Source: Octopus vulgaris (lineage: Eukaryota). Taken from it: DNA of 64,000 bases. The notes under the pieces were generated by a model. It searched no databases, was not told the DNA's origin, and saw nothing but the letters and a program-made list of their open reading frames with translations. Position 1 is the first letter of the stretch. Each line of letters begins with the position of its first letter. Below are positions 1 to 13,390 of the stretch, one piece after another. Location: positions 99,138,001-99,202,000 of the forward strand of contig OX597822.1 in assembly GCA_951406725.2 (NCBI GenBank), read 5' to 3'. The position numbers and the translations under genes were made by a program.

Positions 1-172
1 ACATATATACGACGGGCTTCTTTCAGTTTCCGTCTACCAAATCCACTCACAAGGCTTTGGTCGGCCCGAGGCTATAGTAGAAGACACTTGCCCAAGGTGC
101 TACGCAGCGGGACTGAACCCGGAACCATGTGGTTGGTAAACAAGCTACTTACCACACAGCCACTCCTGCGCC
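1..172 (-). mobile_element. tRNA-derived SINE (family B) head; other copies 2261-2630 (+), 29973-30381 (+), 30792-31188 (-), 32828-33440 (-), 40835-41460 (-), 44868-45245 (-), 46090-46250 (+), 62795-62920 (+)
   Basis: GGCGCAGGAGTGGCTGTGTGGTAAG (A box) ... GGTTCAGTCCC (B box) ... CCTTGGGCAAGTG core; the tail ends in AAAGAGTA repeats. Confidence 0.9.
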
Positions 173-455
173 TATATATATAGATAGATAGATATAGACA
201 CAGACACACTTATATGTCTGTATGTATATACACACTCACACACACACACTCACACACACATACATACACACACACACACATACATACACACACACACATA
301 TATATGAACGCTATGCAAGTGATTTTGCATCCATAAAACACTTAGTTTTATAGATGACTCATCAAACTCTAATAGCCATTAGAGTCTGAGGAGTTGTCTA
401 TAAAGCTAAGCTCTTTATGGATGACTGGATGACTGGACATATATTTAACTGCATG

Positions 456-498
<43 letters not shown>

Positions 499-2628
499 AT
501 GATAAATCTCAGAGCGAGTTATAAACAGTAGCGGTAACACATCGTGACGCATATTTGCCATTTGAATATGGCTCACCCATAAGAGTGGATGCTACTGTAG
601 TTTGTAGCCCCAGGAGGAGATATCTTCCTGGGGCTACAAACTACAGTAGCATCCACCCTTATGGGTGAGCCATATTCAAATGGCAAATATGCGTCACTAT
701 ATATATATATGTATGTTGATATTGATATTGATGTCTGTTTTATGCAAAGTTATATATAAAAATAGTTGAACATTAAATTGAAGGATCACTCAAAAATTTT
801 TTTGTAGAGTATCATATGATTTAGTCTGATGATGGGTACGAACCCAAAACTTCAAATTACTGTCAGACTTTTTCTTGAAATAAGAACTTGGAAATCACTA
901 TCAAACTTTTCAACTTTTCCTTATGAAAATTTAAATGCGCGCACACACACACACACACATTAAAAGCTAAAGTTTCATGCAAATTACATTGAGTTTCACA
1001 TTATAAATTATTCAAATGTTTAATGGAGTGTAACAGTGCAACAATATGTTAGTAAAAAGTTTTGTAAACAGATCAAAGCATGATTAGTTCTTGAGATTTG
1101 TTTGGTTCACATAAAAACATTAAAACATTACAAGACTCACACATTCATCTCTTCAATTGCTATACATAGAGCATGTCATATATTCCTTTATTCATATGCA
1201 AAAACACATATTTTCATGTCTTTCAGTATCACATGTGTAAAACACACAAAATCAAGGAAGATGAATATTGTAATTGAAGTTTCAGGTTGATAAAAATTGA
1301 ATATTTTCTTCAATATGTGAACCTTCTTTAACAGAATAGTGTCCATACTGTGAGAGATAAAACATTTCAGCTACTTGTTAGTTAGACATTTCTCAGTAAA
1401 TATGAATGGTAGTGTCTGCAAGAATTCCCCAATTCTCATCTTTTGTTCAAAATTGCAAAATGTTGTAATAGGATGTAATAGATGTTGGAGAAACCAAGAT
1501 CCCATTTCTGGAGAAATTTATATAGAAGTACATGTTTTGTAAAAGTTGAGTGGATTTTATAATTGTTAATCTTATGGTCTCTTAAACTTCAGATAGATTT
1601 GGATGTCCTTCTGAGTATTTGAATCTAAAAATATATTGAAAAATCTTTTTAAAGGGGTTTTCAGAAAATTTTATATAGCTATTTTCACTGTTGTTTACAA
1701 GGGAGATCTTAGCTTGATAAACTAATGCATTAGAAAGATTACTGTCACTGAGAGGGTATGTATTAGGGTTATTACTATTACATAGAAAAATGTTTTGCAC
1801 ATTCTTATACTGTCTTCAGAAGCAGCAAAGTCTTTGGTGCAACAGCAACTCACCATAATTCTATTTTTGTTAAAGATCTTATGATAACTTTGATTTACTG
1901 AAAAATGCTTCTTTTTAAGGTTAATATCCTAGAAGCATTGGAACAAATATTGACACTGTATTTGGTTTCCCATTTTTGCATTTTTAACTTTAAGTGCTCT
2001 TTTGCATATAATGTAATTCTGTATTTGAATCTATCATATTTTAATGCATTATGGTAATAATGAGCAGGATGGTCAAATGATTCCCTATCAAATGTTAAGC
2101 TGGATATGTGATTACTGATATTATTGCCTAAGTTCATAAAAATTCTGTTGGAGTAGTTGGACTTTCAAGTTAAGAAACTGCAATTTCTCTTCATATTCAG
2201 AGAGAGATAGATAGATAGATAGATTGATATATAGATAGATAGATAGATAGATAGATAGATGGGCGCAGGAGTGGCTGTGTGGTAAGTAGCTTGCTAACCA
2301 ACCACATGGTTCCGGGTTCAGTCCCACTGCGTGGCATCTTGGGCAAGTGTCTTCTGCTATAGCCCCGGGCCGACCAATGCCTTGTGAGTGGATTTGGTAG
2401 ATGGAAACTGAAAGAAGCCTGTCATATATATGTATATATATGTGTGTGTCTGTGTTTGTCTGTATATGGTGGTGTGTTTACGTCCCCGTCATTTAGCGGT
2501 TCGGCAAAAGAGACCGATAGAATAAGTACTGGGCTTACAAAGAATAAGTCCCGGGGTCGATTTGCTCGACTAAAGGCGGTGCCCCAGCATGGCCGCAGTC
2601 AAATGACTGAAACAAGTAAAAGAGTAAA

Positions 2629-2629
<1 letters not shown>

Positions 2630-2688
<59 letters not shown>

Positions 2689-2704
2689 GTAGGTAGGTAG
2701 TTAA

Positions 2705-2787
<83 letters not shown>

Positions 2788-2825
2788 TAGATAGACCGAT
2801 ATAGATAGATAAATATAGATAGATT
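2630..2825. repeat. (TA)n/(TAGA)n microsatellite, one of many microsatellite tracts in the window
   Basis: Seen directly. Confidence 0.95.
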
Positions 2826-4209
2826 TAAAATTATAATTAAGGGTATCTAAGAGATACCACCATGCTAGAAATAGCAACCAAAACTTGACTCTATAACCAC
2901 ATTAAATGAACATTTAATATGGTTTTAGAGTCAAGTTTTTGCTGCTATGTTTAGTATGGTGGTATCTATTAGATACCCTTAATTATAATTTTAATAATAA
3001 TTATTACCTTTGAGGTTTTTATTCCCATGCTAGCCACCTGATAAGGTTGGTATTTTAAATAATGATCTTATCCTTATTTATATAAATTTATATTGATAGC
3101 TTTAGATAGATAGACAGATAGATAGATAAATAGATATATTGATACATTAAATAAAATAATATAATGTATTAGATGTATTATAATATAGGTGATCCATAAG
3201 CAATTAAAACCTAATGCCAAAGTAATAATCAAGGGTACAAAAATAGTACCAGCACTGCTAGAAATAAGAGTCAAAAACGACTCGATAGCCACACAAAACA
3301 CTAACCTCATGAAATAGATGAAAAGTGAGGGAGTGAGCAAAAGCACCTTTCTATGGTGAGATAAATTCACAAAATGAAGCAAACATATTCATATCACATG
3401 ATTTTGAACTTTGATAATAATCTTAGTTCTCATCAGTGGATCTTGCCGATACTCTGGGTTAAAAGGGTAGCCCTCCTTGTGCAACCATTGAAAGCTTGTG
3501 CTAATTCAAAATAGTCAAAGTGTATAGTATAAATAAAATAATAAAATATATTAAATATATTGGAGCCTGGTGCAGCCATCTGGTTCGCCAGTCCTCAGTC
3601 AAATTGTCCAACCCATGCTAGCATGGAAAGCGGATGTTAAACAATGATGATGATATTTGTCACTCTCATGAGGTTAGTACTTTGTGTGGTTATATTGATA
3701 CATATATACTATTTGTTATTGAATGTGAACGAAATCAAGTCTGATAAAAGTGTTTTGATCTTTAAAGGTACAAGATTCCAATGATGGAATATAAATTTTT
3801 TCCAAAATATGTTTACTATTGTTCTGAAGTGAAAGGAAAAGTATATTTTATTTCACTCACTATCATAAAATATTGAGCTGAGAATATCTGTTCCTATTTT
3901 ACATTCGATAAAATAATACTAAATGTAATAATAATAATAAAGATGATGAAGATGATGATGACAGTGAACAAAACTGCAAGTGTTGGTTTCCAGACAGATT
4001 GATGAGATGCCGTTTTATGTTGCATTCAAAGTGAATAAATGAATAGATAAATAAATAAATAAATAAATAAATAAAGCTGTTTATTTCTTTAAATTCTTAC
4101 TAACATGGAAGCTTAAGAATGAGTTCTTTCCTTTGTTTAGAGTGGGAGAGAGGAGAGAGAAGAGAGGAGGTTGGACTTAGTGAGTGAAACAGAGAAATAT
4201 ATATGGATT

Positions 4210-4440
4210 GAGCGGCGAGCTGGCAGAAACGTTAGCACGATGGGCGAAATGCTTAGCGGTATTTTGTCTGCCGTTACGTTCTGAGTTCAAATTCCGCTGA
4301 GGTCGACTTTGCCTTTCATCCTTTCGGGGTCGATAAATAAAGTACCAGTTTCGCACTGGGGTCGATGTAATCGACTTAATCCCTTTGTCTGTCCTTGTTT
4401 GTCCACTCTATGTTTAGCCCCTTGTGGGCAATAAAGAAAT
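4210..4440 (+). mobile_element. tRNA-derived SINE with MetaSINE-like central domain; many copies (11344-11530 -, 13733-13946 -, 28914-29090 +, 29386-29600 +, 29722-29945 +, 30413-30785 +, 42480-42692 -, 46547-46670 +, 48706-48830 +, 56650-56838 -)
   Basis: GGCGAGCTGGCAGAA...GAGTTCAAATTCC (A/B boxes) followed by GCCTTTCATCCTTTCGGGGTCGATAAATAAGTACC. Confidence 0.88.
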
Positions 4441-6679
4441 ATATATGGATAGATAGATAGACAGACAATCAGATAGACAGACAGACAGACAGACAGACAT
4501 ATAGATAGATAGATAGATATTACATAGGTAGTTAATTTCAGAAAATTATCTGTTCTCTTTGAGCATACAAAAGACAAATTTAGCAACCAAATAAGGTAAA
4601 CTTGTGTCTTCAGTTCTCCAGAATTACATTTAAAAAAAACACTCATGTACACCAATATTCAACTTGTCACTCTCTGTGTCACGCTGAATATCCCCGAGAA
4701 CTACGTTAAGGGTACACGTGTCTATGGAGTGCTCAGCCACTTACACGTTAATTTCACGAGCAAGCTGTTCCGTTGGTCGGATCAACCGGAACCCTCGTCG
4801 TCGTAACCGACGGACTGCTTCCATTCCCATAATGTTACACATACAGACGTTTTAATGAGTCTGTTTCAAATGCATATATTAATTTTTTTTCATTGAGAGA
4901 AATAACGACCGCAGATTGAATATGAATATAAATGTACTGCAGCAGGAAAAACAAGAGAACGAAAGTTATTCAGGAGATATTTTTTGAGATTATAATTTCT
5001 CTCTGGATTGTAAATGTAATTAAAAAAACTTGCTTAATCACATTAATCAAAGCTGAGAATTACTTTCAAAACACGTGTCTGTGGAATACTCAATCACTTA
5101 CACGTTTATTTCTCGAGTAGGGATTCAGTTTATTGAAGAGTCTGAATAACACTAACAATCAAAACTGACGGACGACCCTATTTTCGACAAATGAATCGGG
5201 AGTTTGTCATGCGTGCAGACCCCATTTCAGCCAGTCAGAACTTTTTGGTTTATGTGATAATCCTTAAAACCTTCTATCAACGGAGGCCTTAAATACGGCA
5301 GTTTTCAACGTGAAAAAGCAAGGTAAATTCGGACTTCATTGAATTTGGTACCCGGTGGACTCCTCTCTATAGCTATTTTCACAATCTACACTCAATCCAG
5401 CGCGATTACCTAGTAGCTGTTTTTACAGCTCTATACTCAACACGGAGATGGATGATGAATTAACATGACCATACGAATTTGCAGCAATGTGTAAAATCAG
5501 CCTAATTATCAAATTTTTGGTGAAGATCTCCGACATCTGAAAAGTACAATGTTCATATAAGATTAACTCTGCATGTATTGCACGAAACTTTGTAATACGG
5601 TAACAATAGATAATGTATATAAACTAACAAATCTTTTGTCACAACTACACATGTGTATTTAGTAGTGAAAGTATGTGAAGTAAAAATAACTACAAATAGA
5701 ACTGGAAACCAGGTTGTGAACTCCGTTCTTTTCAGGAGCTTCATTACGTTGTTCTTCATATTTATTGAATATGAATGGCAGTGATTAATGTTAAGAGTTT
5801 CTGTTACAGATTCCTTTGTACAGAGCAAAACAAATGATACGTGTGAGAATATGCGAAAGAAAGGAAAACCTGGATAGAAGTATGTATACAGATAAGAAAA
5901 CTGTGAACAAAACTTTGTGATAATAGCAAACAAGTACAAAGAGATATGCTTAATAGCAAATAAGTAGAAAGGGATATATTTAATAGCAAATAAGTAGAGA
6001 AGAGTATGTTTGAAAATGGGAAATGAGAATAGAGGAATGGGAAAAAGATAAGAAATAAATATTGCGAATTCTTATAGATAAAGCGCTTTTATTTTACAAG
6101 GAAAAACTATACAGTCTCTTGTTCTTGCATTATAGAATATAAGAGAATTAAAAAGCTAAGTCCAGCGCCAGTAAGATTTGAACTGAAAATGTCAGCCACC
6201 GAGGTATTTATTGCAATGTATTTAGTTTTTAAAAAATCTGAGACAAAACATATCGGCGTAAATTCTATGAATTATAGAGAGTGGTATTGGTACGATTGTA
6301 AGTAAGAGAAGAAAGCAGACGGCAAAGAAACTGTTCAAAGAATATTAAAAGAAAAAAATGCTGGAGGTTGTGACGAGAGTGACACGTTCATATTAGGAGA
6401 TGCGATGCAAATGAAAGAATGGTATTTCTTTGAATGGAGTTGGGAGAATTGGTTAAGTTGTAAACGCATCGTTATAGCTAGGAATGCACAACAATAGAGA
6501 TGATCGGCGCTAAGAGACACTTAACGAACAGCCAGAAGGTAAATGGTAAGCACCAGAAACCAGTGAAATGATTCAACTACCTGCTAGAATCGTTGTAAGT
6601 GAAGTATGGCAAACATTGAACGAATACGCATGCATGTGCGCAAAACACGTGGACACACGTACTCTCTCTCTCTCTCTCT

Positions 6680-6721
<42 letters not shown>

Positions 6722-6732
6722 TATATATATAT

Positions 6733-6944
6733 CGCCATGTTGATTCGCTAGCTTCTGCACGCATTTTTTTTTTCCTCTCCTTGTTTCTCTCCTTGTTTCT
6801 TTTCTGTGTATCTTTCTGTTGAAGAGCGTAGGCTCGAAACGTAAAAGACTTGTTTTATTTATATTCCTGACCGCCATACTAATACAATTGTTTGTTTATA
6901 TTCCACCTGCCTTCGTCTTTTGTTTATTTTCATAAAGCTTCCCG

Positions 6945-6945
<1 letters not shown>
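6733..6945 (+). mobile_element. Short hammerhead-bearing element, family A (Penelope-like LTR or retrozyme-like); other copies ~9318-9445, ~19957-20060, ~33100-33250, ~56437-56600
   Basis: Copies share GAGCGTAGGCTCGAAACGTNAAAGACTTT...CCTGAGCG...ACTAATACA...CACCTGTCTTCGTC; four of the five end in a (TA)n tract. Confidence 0.7.
6811..6848 (+). ncRNA. Minimal type I hammerhead-ribozyme-like motif, family A (best-preserved copy)
   Basis: TCTTT-CTGTTGA-A-GAGC(GTAG)GCTC-GAA-ACGT-A-AAAGA: stem I TCTTT/AAAGA, 4-bp stem II, palindromic stem III ACGT, GUA cleavage triplet. Confidence 0.65.
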
Positions 6946-6993
<48 letters not shown>

Positions 6994-7478
6994 CACGCGA
7001 GCTTTTCTATGTTCGTATATCGAGGTAGGTGTAAAAGAAGCAACATTTACAATTATAGAAATTCATTCCTTTGGGAATTTCAAAATTCGTTAGCACGATA
7101 TATGCACGTTAAATATCTATATAAGGACATGAAAAAAATATTTATGAACCGTTACGTGCATATTCCTATGCGTGTGTTTGTGTGGAATGCGCTTATGTGA
7201 GTGCGTGTGTGAGCCTGTTTGCTAGTGAGTGTGTATGCGTGCGTGGGTTCATTTGCGCGTATTTTACTTTGTGTGTGTGTGTGTGTGTTTGTGTGTAGTT
7301 AATTAAGCCACGTGAGCAATAGTTTAATTTCCGTTTCATACACAGTTTTTCCCCCACAAAGATACTTTTATGAACGAAGTCATTTAACAAAAAAGAAAAA
7401 GCTGAATGTTTGTAAAGACCACTTCTTTGAATGGATAAATATTGAATCAATCCAGTTTGTTAAACACGCGCGTGCGCG

Positions 7479-7518
<40 letters not shown>

Positions 7519-8065
7519 TATCACCCAATTAATGACGATCATTTGATCAGCAAAGACTATCTAATTTCCTGGTCTCGGCACTTTGAAGAGGATACGATTA
7601 GCTCACCAAGACATATATATACATATATATATATATATATTATGTGTAATTGAAGTATCAAGTGTTATCTATTCTCTAGGTGGTGTTCTGGGGAGTTTTC
7701 TGTGTACGTGTTCATGTGTGTGTGTGTGTGTGTGTGTGCGTGTGTATGTGTATTATGTATGCATGTACATGTATGTGTTTGTGTGTGAAAGAGCGAGATA
7801 AGTATTCACCCAAGGATATGCCAAAGAGTAAGTGTGGTGGCTAAAATGAATATATTTACCGCGAAGACACACTACTTAGTATTCTATTTCGTCTTTCGAG
7901 AAAGTACTCAGGGTTGACCTTGAGGTCGAAAGAAAACTGAAAAGAACCGTAACTAAGTAACATCGAACTCAGCAAAGACGTTTCTTTACAACTGCTGGAC
8001 CTCGTTAGTTTTGTGTCGAATTCGTCAACCACCAGCAAGCCTGCAGTTTGGATTTGACCAAGGCA

Positions 8066-8443
8066 GATGATGGAAGCACACCGTCGGTTCCGACGACGAG
8101 GATTCCGGTTGATCCGAATCAACGGAACAGCCTGCTGCTCGTGAAATTAACGTGTAAGTGGCTGAGCACTCCACAGACACGTGTACCCTTAACGTAGTTC
8201 TCGGGGATATTCAGCGTGACACAGAGAGCGACAAGGCCGGCCCTTTGAAATACAGGTACAACAGAAACAGGAAGTAAGAGTGAGAGAAAGTTGTGGTGAA
8301 AGAGTACAGCAGGGATCACCACCATCCCCTGCCGGAGCCTCGTGGAGCTTTAGGTGTTTTCACTCAATAAACACTCACAACGCCCGGTCTGGGAATCAAA
8401 ACCGCGAGTCCGCTGCCTTAACCACTGGGCCATTGCGCCTCCA
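8066..8443 (-). mobile_element. tRNA-derived SINE (family F); partial copies 4660-4825 (+), 15468-15540 (+)
   Basis: Minus-strand head TGGAGGCGCAATGGCCCAGTGGTTAAGGCAGCGGAC...; tail CTACGTTAAGGGTACACGTGTCTGTGGAGTGCTCAGCC is shared with the other copies. Confidence 0.8.
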
Positions 8444-9497
8444 CCCAAGGCAGATAGACAAAACATGAAAGAGAAAGAGGGAGAGAGGGAAAGAGAGAGA
8501 GTTATTGAAGCAGTTGTTGACATGCATGTAGCATGAAACAAACCACATTCACAAACATTTGCACGCGTTGATATATATGTGTGTATGCATGTGTGATAGA
8601 GAAAAAAACTGTATGGAAGAATAAAAAAAAAGGGAAGGGATGTAAAAACGAGTGTGAGTACTTTTCACTATCACTACTGCCACTAGTGTTACGATTAATA
8701 CCATAATCACATATGTATCCGTCATGCTGTACAATGATGTCACGTTCACCGTAATGATGGTGGGAATGGTGCGGTAGTTGGTGGTATTAGAGGTAGTACG
8801 AAAACATTTATTGGCGCTGAAAGATGTCATATGAAATACAGTCTTTCGATATTGATATATAAGCATGTGCGGAGGACAAAAACGCATGAGAAATGGTTTT
8901 ATTGAGAAAAAGGAAGACGTGATAGACAGAAGTAGAAGAGAAAATGAGAGACATACAACACGGATAGAGGCTTGTTTCTCTAATTACATATAAAGAGCAG
9001 GGTCATAGGTAGCTTGAGACAGCTATAATTGTAGTAGTGAATTTGTATCCCTAAAAATTTAAAAGTTATCCAGGAAAGTAAGGATCGTGTTGGACTTTAC
9101 CGTTGGAGAGCTGACAAATTTAAGTTTTTATGTGCGCTGAACAACCAAAGCCGCACCGGACCGAACCCAGAAACACATGATTATAAAACGAATTTCCTAG
9201 CTATACGACATTGACAGCTCATGTGATAGCATTTTAAATTAAGATTAAGTAATTAAAACATTAATTTACCCGTGAAGATAAAAATTAAATGGACAAAAGT
9301 TCAGTAGAAATATAGATTGTTTATATGAAGAGAATAGGTTCGAAATGTCAAAGACTTTTCTATTTTTCCTGAGCGTCAAACTAATACACTTTATTTGTTG
9401 TTACCTCAGCTGTCTGTCTGTTGTCTTTTTTGTACATTTGCACGATATATATATACACATATACATAGGTGTGTATGTGTTTGTGTGCGTGTGTATG

Positions 9498-9529
<32 letters not shown>

Positions 9530-9994
9530 TGTATGTATGTATGTATGTATGTATGGAGTCAATGATGTGATTGTTTTAAATTGTGAATTCAGAAAATATA
9601 GAAATAGACTTAAATAAGCGCTGGAGTCGATATAGTCGGTCAAAAATAACCTGCAGTGCCTCAAGTAATATAGTTTGAAAATACAGCAGAGTGTTCATAT
9701 TCACCATTAAAAGATAGAATAATAGAGGATACAAATATGTGTGTGTATATGTAAGTGTGTGTGTGTGCATCTTTTTGCTTTTAATCAGAATTCTTTTTGC
9801 AAAGAAGGACTTGGTTTCTAAGAATTTGTAAGAAAGAAATAAAGCTCCGTCGTTGGATAATAACAAAAATAATATTACGTGTTGAACTTTAGAAAAGCTT
9901 GCATATTTTTGCTGTTCCACCTAAAGATTATGTGTAAAGTGCGTGTCTCCTTCTTGATTGAATATACGACCTTTTCCAGATTGTCTTTTAAACA

Positions 9995-10055
<61 letters not shown>

Positions 10056-10598
10056 GATGCAGTACCAGGCAGTGGCTCTCGTGGCTTCTAATCTTAACTG
10101 ATTGGAAGTGTTATCATTGTTTTGTCTTGGTATAAAAGATGGGCTACAGCAAATATTCTGCTCAATACCACAGATTTGCTTGTCAGTTGTTTGACCATAA
10201 CCAGTTGAGCATGTCCCTTAGTGGCTGACGATATGTGCATCTCTGATCACGAGCAGAAGTAGTGGGGGAGCATCATAGCCATGTGTTGAGAGGGATTCTT
10301 TGGGGTTTGAATAGTTCACCTCTGGAAACATGGGTGGTTCTTTCAACATCCTTAAACAACCCTTATTTAGGGACCGTTTGAGCGGGATGGGCTACTCAAC
10401 CTGAAGAAAATTCTAACTAGGCCCCACCTGCAAGGTCATGTGCTGTTTATCTTGATATGAGATCACCACGTCGCGCACATATGGTTGTGATGCATGTGCC
10501 TGGTGTACCTTTATCAGACGGGTAGTCATGATGGGCATTTTGGGCTTCGTATATTTTACCCCAGTGTCACTTTGATGGCATGAACTGCTCTCTCACTC

Positions 10599-10642
<44 letters not shown>

Positions 10643-11083
10643 CACAGATTTGCTTGTCAGTTGTTTGACCTTAACCAGTTGAGTATGTCCCTTAGTGGCT
10701 GACGATATCTACATCTCTGATCACGAGCAGAAGTAATGGGGGAGCATCATAGCCATGTGTTGAGAGGGATTCTTTGGGGGTGGGGTTTGAATTATTCACC
10801 TCTGGAAATATGGGTGTTTTGTTCAACATCCTTAAACAACCCTTGTTCAGGGACCTTTCGAGCGGGGTGGGTTACTCGACCAGAAGAAAATTCTAACTGG
10901 ACCCCACCTGCAAGGTCATGCGCTGTTTATCTTGATATGAGGTCACCATGTCGCGCACATATGGTTGTGATGCATGTGCCTAGTGTACCCTTATCAGACG
11001 GGTAGTCATGATGGGTATACTGGGCTTTGTATATTTTGCCCCAGTGTCTCTTTGATGGCATGCACTGCTCTCTCACTCAATAA
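10056..11083 (+). mobile_element. Two tandem 5'-truncated copies (10056-10600, 10641-11083) of a non-LTR element 3' end lying in (AAT)n; further copies 38885-39375 (-) and 31392-31565 (+)
   Basis: Near-identical ~450-550-bp blocks ending ...CTGCTCTCTCACTCAATAAT, each preceded by (AAT)n. Confidence 0.85.
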
Positions 11084-11539
11084 TAAGAGTAAAGAGGCTG
11101 CAAATTTCGAAGCAGTGATGCATTAATAGTCTCTTGTTTCTACAGAGATTTGCACTAAATGTCAAGACCCTGCAGGATTTAATATTTATAGGGCAGATTT
11201 CCTTTACAGGTCAGTCAAGTATTCCATACGTTGATATCAGTACCAGTTCTACAAATGATTAGTGGGATATTGTTTGGTTGTAAGAGGAAATTTTTAACTG
11301 GTTTATGATAATAACAATGAGTGCCGATGATAATTATAATAATGGTTTCAAATTTTGACACAAAGCCAGCGATTTCGGGCAGGAAATAAGTCGATTACAT
11401 CGATCCCAGTGTTCAACTGGTACTTATTTTATCGACCCTGAAAGGATAAGAGGCAAAGTCTACCTCGGTATAATTTGAATTCAGAACGTGAAGACAGACA
11501 AAATGCCGCTAAGTATTTTGCCTGGTGTGCTTCAGGACT

Positions 11540-13390
11540 CATCTTGTCTCTCATTCAGTTTGAGAAGCACTGGTTTAAGGACGTCTCTTTTCTTTCATTC
11601 TGCCGGAGAACAACTGACATACGAACTTCTCTTTGAGAACCATTTCTCAAGGATTCAGTTTTCTCTCATTCAACTTTAGAACCACTGTCCCATGGGCTCA
11701 TTTTCCCTCTCATTCTTCCTCTCATGGTTCTTATTCCCTCGCAATCAACCTGAAAACCACTGGTCTAAGAACTTCACTGTCTTCGCATTTGATCTGAGAA
11801 TCACTGGCTTCAGGATTCCTCTTTCCTGTTGTGTAACTTGTCAAGAACTGTCCTAAGAACTTCAATTTCCTTTCTTTCGTTCTACTTGACAACTACTGGC
11901 CTCATGATTCCTTTTTCCTGAAAAAATCTTATTCACCTTCAGAACCACAACCCTAAAAACTTCTCCCTCTTGGTAAACTGAGGACCACTGCATTAAAGAT
12001 TTCTCTTTACTCTCGATCAAACTGAGGAACACTGCCCTAATAAGTCCACTTTCCTTCCTCAGAACCAATGGCCTAATGAAACTTTTTCCCCATACAACAT
12101 AAGAAACATTTGCTTAAGGACTCCGCTTCTTGTTCAGTTTGGGAATGGAGGACCAAAAATTCCTCCATCAATCTGTTCAACCTGAAAACTACTGCCCAAA
12201 AGATTCCCCTTTCCTTACATTCAACTTGAGAACCACTGCCTTAAGAACTCCTCTTTTTTTTTTTCGATGAACCTGAGAAATATTGACTTTAGAACTTACC
12301 TTTCCTTTTCGTTCAACCGGAAAACTCTTACCCTAAGGAATCTTCTTTCTTCTTCTTTAACCTGAAAAACGCTGCCCATAGGATTCCTCATTCGTTTCGG
12401 TCAGTCAGAAAGCCATTTGCCTCAGGATTCCAGTCTCTTCTGGTGATAACTGACAAAAACTGCTCTAAACATACAATTTTCTTTCGTTCATTCTGAGGAC
12501 CATCATCCACGGGACCGTTTTCTTCTCGATCAACCCGAGAAAGACACTTTCTTCTCATTCGAATTGTGAACACTACTCTAAGTGTTCTTTCTTTTTCGCT
12601 GTCAAACTGACAATATCTGTTCTAAAGACACCTCTTTCGTCTCATTAGACCCGCAAATCACTCACCTCAGGATACCAATTTCTTCTCGTTCAAACTGAGA
12701 CCCATAAGGTCCAGAACACCACTGTCTTGTTTAATCTGAGAAACCCTACCCTTATTATTCCTTTTTTTCTTTCAGTCAACCGGGACAGCCACTTGCTTCA
12801 TGACTCCTATTTCCTCTCGTTTAAACTGACAGCCACTGCCCTAAGAACAAATTCATCCTCTCAGCAGAACTAGGAACCACGAATTTTCTCTATTCTTGGT
12901 CAAAAGGAAAACTACTGTACTAAGGCCTACTCTTTCAAACTGTGATCCACTGTACCTAGCTTCGGAACTTCTCTTTCTTCTTGTTCAACTTGAGATCCAT
13001 TAGCCGGAAGTTATCGCTTTCCTCCAACTCAATCTGAGACCTAATGACCACAAGAGACCTTTTTCCTCTTGTTCACTTTAAGATCCACTGGCTCCAAGAG
13101 TCCTCTTTCCTTTCGTTTACCATGAGACCCACTGGCTTCAGGTTTCCTGTTTCTGTCATGAAAACTGCCCCTAGAACTTTTCTTTTCTCTCATTCAACCT
13201 AAGAACCTTTGCCCTAAAGATTTTTTTCTTTTGCCTTATCGAAGCTCGGAACAACTGGTTTAAGAATGTCTCTTTCTTCTCGTAGATCCTGAAAACACTG
13301 GCTTAGTTCCCGTCGTTCAGCCTGAGAACCACTAACTTAACGGATTCTCTTACCCTTCGTGTACTCTTATAGGACATTGACCGTAAGTTC
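11540..13390. repeat. Degenerate minisatellite, ~40-bp unit, roughly 45 copies
   Basis: Recurring TGAGAACCACTG..AAGGA(C/T)TCCTCTTT..CTCGTTCAAC units with strong pyrimidine bias on the + strand. Confidence 0.85.

Noticed and set aside
11540-13390. CRISPR array
   Set aside because: The whole unit is homologous and degenerate, with no identical repeats separated by unique spacers and no cas genes; the context is eukaryotic.
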